The notes under the pieces were generated by a model. That model was not told the DNA's origin and made no database searches. It saw nothing but the letters and a program-made list of their open reading frames with translations. From Macrostomum lignano (taxonomy: Eukaryota): DNA of 64,000 bases. Made by a program: the position numbers and the translations under genes. The stretch is taken from positions 104,702 to 168,701 of the forward strand of contig NIVC01002493.1 of the NCBI GenBank assembly GCA_002269645.1, given 5' to 3'. Every line of letters begins with the position of its first letter. The stretch's first letter is position 1. Below, in pieces: positions 60,301-64,000 of the stretch.

Positions 60301-61034
60301 AACTCGCACGGTCTACGCTACAAAGTTAAATAGATTGCTAATAGTTTTCTCATTTATGCTTTTTATCGTTAGTTAGTTAGTACGCTCGTAGATACATTTT
60401 ACGAGTAGTATACTAGCTACAATAGTCGCCTTTTAAAAAAGTTCAAAAGTGATTTAGCAGTGCGAAAAAACTTCTGACTTCAGCCACTATTCAGGATTTG
60501 AGCATGAAACTAGTTAATTAGAACGAGACAAAGCGCAGGGGCTGGTGAGTGGGGATGGTGATTAAAACTATTAATCAATAACTGCTGATTTTGCTTGACA
60601 CAATCAAATATGTTTAATTATAACACGCAAGTTATACTTTGAAATAATTAGTAAAGCAGAGCTCGAATTGATTAAAAGAAAGTCTTTATCACCTGTCCAG
60701 TTGCCTTTTGGTTTCTATCTTCAGGCTTGCAAGTTGAACAGACAATTTGAAATCTAGTTTTTGCTCGGCATTCTGAACAGAATCTTGTCCAAAGCTTCTC
60801 TGCATGACCAGGGGAAGATTCTTCACATATCGAGCACCGCTTCCACCAAGAACCCAGTGGATGTGGGCACTGACTTGAGTTTGAAGCTGCAGAAGGACAT
60901 TCCAAGCAAAAGTAGGTGAACGGATCATTTTCACCGCATTCTTCGCAAAATTTTCTAAAAATATTGTCGTCAACGAAATGACACCTCCAACATTTTTTTC
61001 GAGCAGTAGCCACAGTGTGAATGCAGTTAGCCAT
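57325..61034 (-). CDS. Zn-module x2 / spectrin-like repeat x2 / PARP catalytic (H-Y-E) protein, 4 exons, about 650 aa
   Basis: complement(join(57325..58056,58161..58553,59832..60317,60693..61034)). All three introns are GT-AG and phase 0 (donors GTGATA, GTGAGT, GTAAGG). PARP motifs: LLFHGT, GMFGAGIYFA, TKSAQY, LLLCDVLLG, NDEYIVY. Confidence 0.7.
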
Positions 61035-62894
61035 GGCATGAAATTTTAAATGTTTCAAACAATCTTCTTAATTCAGTTTTGGAGCTTTTTTAAATCTGCA
61101 AGCAGTATAGCTATAAAAACGTTTTAAACTGTTTGGTTTTTAAAAGTCCAACATCTTTCTAGTAGACCATTGCATAACACTGGATAGAGTTAATAGTTAT
61201 AATCAATTTATTAATTCAATATCACAATGCTTATCTAATCTGTAAATATCTATATATACATATGTATTTATATATGTGAATATCAATAAATAGGTACAAA
61301 ATTATATATGTAGTTATAAATGTATACATATAGTTATATACACCTCTCTTATCAGTGTTTCATAAAAACATACATGGTTATAGGTAATCAAGGTTTAATA
61401 TACAGCTTATCAGTAAGTAACATGTGAAAAATTGATTCATAATAGAAGCTTTTTCCTAATCTTCTAAAAATAAAGTTGTGATAATAATAATTAACAATTA
61501 TAGGGGTTTAACCACTACTTAATGTGCTACAGAGTAAAAGAAAATGATGTCGAACTGCTGAATACAAAGTTTCACATGGGAAATTGAAGAGAAACTGTTT
61601 TACATCGCGATTCGCGAAATATCTATCAAGACCGTGCCACCTGTACTGTACGATCAAACAGGTAAATGAGCCACTGATAGGTTGGATAATATCTCGTTAA
61701 ATATGAAACTAGATTTGCTATCAAAATAGCTTTTAGTTCCTTGTACATGTAGATGTCGAAACAGGACCAAGCTGTGACCAGCTTGAGCGTCATGAACAAC
61801 GAGGTACCAAGTATTATTTATAAAATTGCATATTTTAAAACACTAAAACAAATGTTTCTGTCTGACACGCAGTGTAAATAACCGAATACCCTTTACAGTT
61901 TTTTTTGTCCTATCGTGAATTAAATGCAATAAAATATTTTGGAAACCGATTTCAGTTTGTCAGTCTGTTTTTACGGACAAACTGAAGCTCAGACATATGT
62001 AGAAGGCCGTAACGCTTCACCCACAATGATCGTGCAAATTTCTTGGCCGGCTTTCGCTACAAACGCATTAGCGTGATGAACAGCTTATAATATTTACAGC
62101 AGCTAAATTCACAGCTTTTCACTTTCTGGACTTCCCATTCCAAACGAATTGATACATGTGTAAGTGTCCGATAGCGTTTTTCTCACAAGTAATTTTTTTT
62201 AAATTTTGAGAATTTTTACAACTTTTGACTGAATTTTTTTAGTTAAGATTGCTGAAATTGAATGGATCCTTTCCGAATTCGATAGACGGTTGAACTAGCT
62301 AAGTACGAACGTATAGAATTATGAAGAAGCATTTTTGTCAGCTTGCAAAAATATATTGTACTAGTAGAATCCCGAGTTCGTTAAAATTTAACAGAAAATT
62401 TTAGCTAGTGGAGAGCAGCAATAACGCTTAAAATACGGCTAAACTTACTAAACATGTTCCGCAAAGATGCCCTCAGAAATGCTGAATGTCGACACACGCC
62501 AGGCTGAATTTAGTCTGCCATGCATGCAGAAGCAGCGATTGCATGTTGAAGCAAGTTAGGGGGCTGCTGCAAAGCAGGCGGAGATGATGCGGCTACAGCG
62601 GCTCTGCCCTGCGCGGCTACCTTGCTCAGAAGGCTTCCCCGGCAGACGAAAGCCAGTTTGGGTGTTGTCCATGGGGAGGTTCGGTGCTGCCGACTTCCTG
62701 TGGATGAACGACAGTGCGCTGAAGCTTACATGTATTTGCTTGCTCCTGGCGGCTTGCTCCTGAAGCCTCGCTCCTAGAGGAAGGAAGGCGGTGAACTTCT
62801 ACGGTCGTCCAACTTATGGGGACGGCCACCGCTACTTCGGCACTTCGGAGTTTTTGGCCTCGACGATGACCTCCTCGCCTTCCTGTCAACAATT

Positions 62895-63135
62895 AACTGT
62901 TATTAAGGCGCCCAGCGCCAGATCAATAGGCTGGTCTTGTGGTCAACACACTTAATACCGAGGTTCTCACCGTGTCGGCTGATTTCCCAGAGTACCTGTA
63001 CGGTATACATGTATGCCTCAGCGCAGAAGACCATGCGCTCGCCCGCTGCCAGCGGTTCACCTACCTTGGCGGTCTGGTGCTCCACATAGAGGAGGACATC
63101 TGGCGGCGCATAGGACTCGCCTGGGCGGCCTACTG
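62895..63135 (+). mobile_element. Short RTE-clade RT fragment
   Basis: VNTLNTEVL..RCQRFTYLGGLV..IWRRIGLAWAAY* resembles the element at 4313-5260. Confidence 0.65.
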
Positions 63136-63267
63136 ATCTACCCACCGTCCTTCTCAGTCCCAACCTCTACAGGACGTCCCGCTATTCACCTTGCAGGGTA
63201 TATTTAAATGGGGCCAAGCGGGATTCAGTCTATGTGTGGGCAGCCTGCTTTGAGATACCGGGACGCC

Positions 63268-64000
63268 CGATTCAAGCTCGCCAACGTTCTGCGGTGGTGT
63301 CATGTCCTGGATTGCCTTCACTTTGGCTGGGTCCGGCTTGAGCTGATCTCCTTCCAATAAGTAGCCTAGAAACTTGATCGAAGTCTTGCGGAATTCACTT
63401 TTTGCCGTGTTGATCTTCAATCCTTGCTGGTTTAGTCGATGCAATACTTCCGTCTCACGAACTGCCAATTGTTCTACGCCTTTGCCGCATATCAATATGT
63501 CGTCTACGTAGGCAATGACGCCAGGAATTCCTTGTAGGACTTGGCTAATGTACCGCTGGAAGATCGCAGGTGCTGTTTTCACTCCGAACGGAAGCTTGTT
63601 GAAAGCGAACATCCAAATGGTGTTGAAATTACTGTCAGCTCTTTGGAAGCTTCATCTAGTGGGATCTGGTGATAAGCTTTCTCTAGGTCCAGACGAGTGT
63701 ATATCCGGCTGCCAGCAGCAGTTGCAATCACTTCGTCAGGTGCAGGCATCGGATATGAATCGTTGATAAGATGAGAATTGATTGTCAGCCTTGTAGTCGA
63801 CGCAAAGTCTGAGCTTTCCAGAAGGTTTCTTGACCACGACAATTGGTGAGGCCCATTCACTGAACTTGACGGCTTGATGGTGTCTTCTTCAAGCAACCGA
63901 TCGATTTCATCCTTGACTCCCTGTCTGAGTGCGAAGGTAGCGGCCTGGGTTTGCAATGAATTGGAGTGGTTCCTTCCTTGATCTTAAGAGTTACTGGTGA
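63268..64000 (-). mobile_element. Frameshifted Ty3/Gypsy RT fragment running off the window
   Basis: Motifs SYPMP, LDLEKAYHQIPL, LPFGVKTAPAIFQ, YVDDILI and FLGY; truncated after PPQNVGELES. Confidence 0.85.

Overview
Eukaryotic, intron-containing, repeat-rich DNA. The (GACA)n and minisatellite load, GC-rich exons and flatworm-like trans-splicing hints suggest a free-living flatworm such as Macrostomum; this is inference and was not verified. Hand-spliced genes with intact frames: a secreted PAN+LamG-like protein (2.2-3.4 kb), a minimal Smaug-type SAM protein (16.6-18.5 kb), a tandem C2H2 zinc-finger cluster (19.8-27.2 kb), cytosolic Ile-tRNA synthetase (10 exons, 1199 aa) followed by EMC4, two 24-bp-repeat ORFs, an MG-start micro-gene with a PARP-like paralog, a C-type lectin+PAN gene, and a 4-exon minus-strand gene joining a duplicated Cys/His zinc module, two spectrin-like repeats and an H-Y-E PARP catalytic domain. 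The rest is transposon debris (RTE, RNaseH-LINEs, Gypsy, MULE, hAT MITEs, CORE-like SINEs, Crypton-like fragments) and tandem repeats. Most notable: (1) the Zn-module/spectrin/PARP architecture next to a predicted catalytically dead, membrane-targeted PARP paralog and a domain-less paralog; (2) EMC4 has no visible genomic ATG, consistent with a spliced-leader-supplied AUG; (3) a hAT MITE carries a 28S rRNA fragment altered at the R2/I-PpoI site; (4) a 1.5-kb microsatellite is enclosed by 53-bp inverted repeats. All exon structures, counts and alignments were done by eye; no database searches were run.
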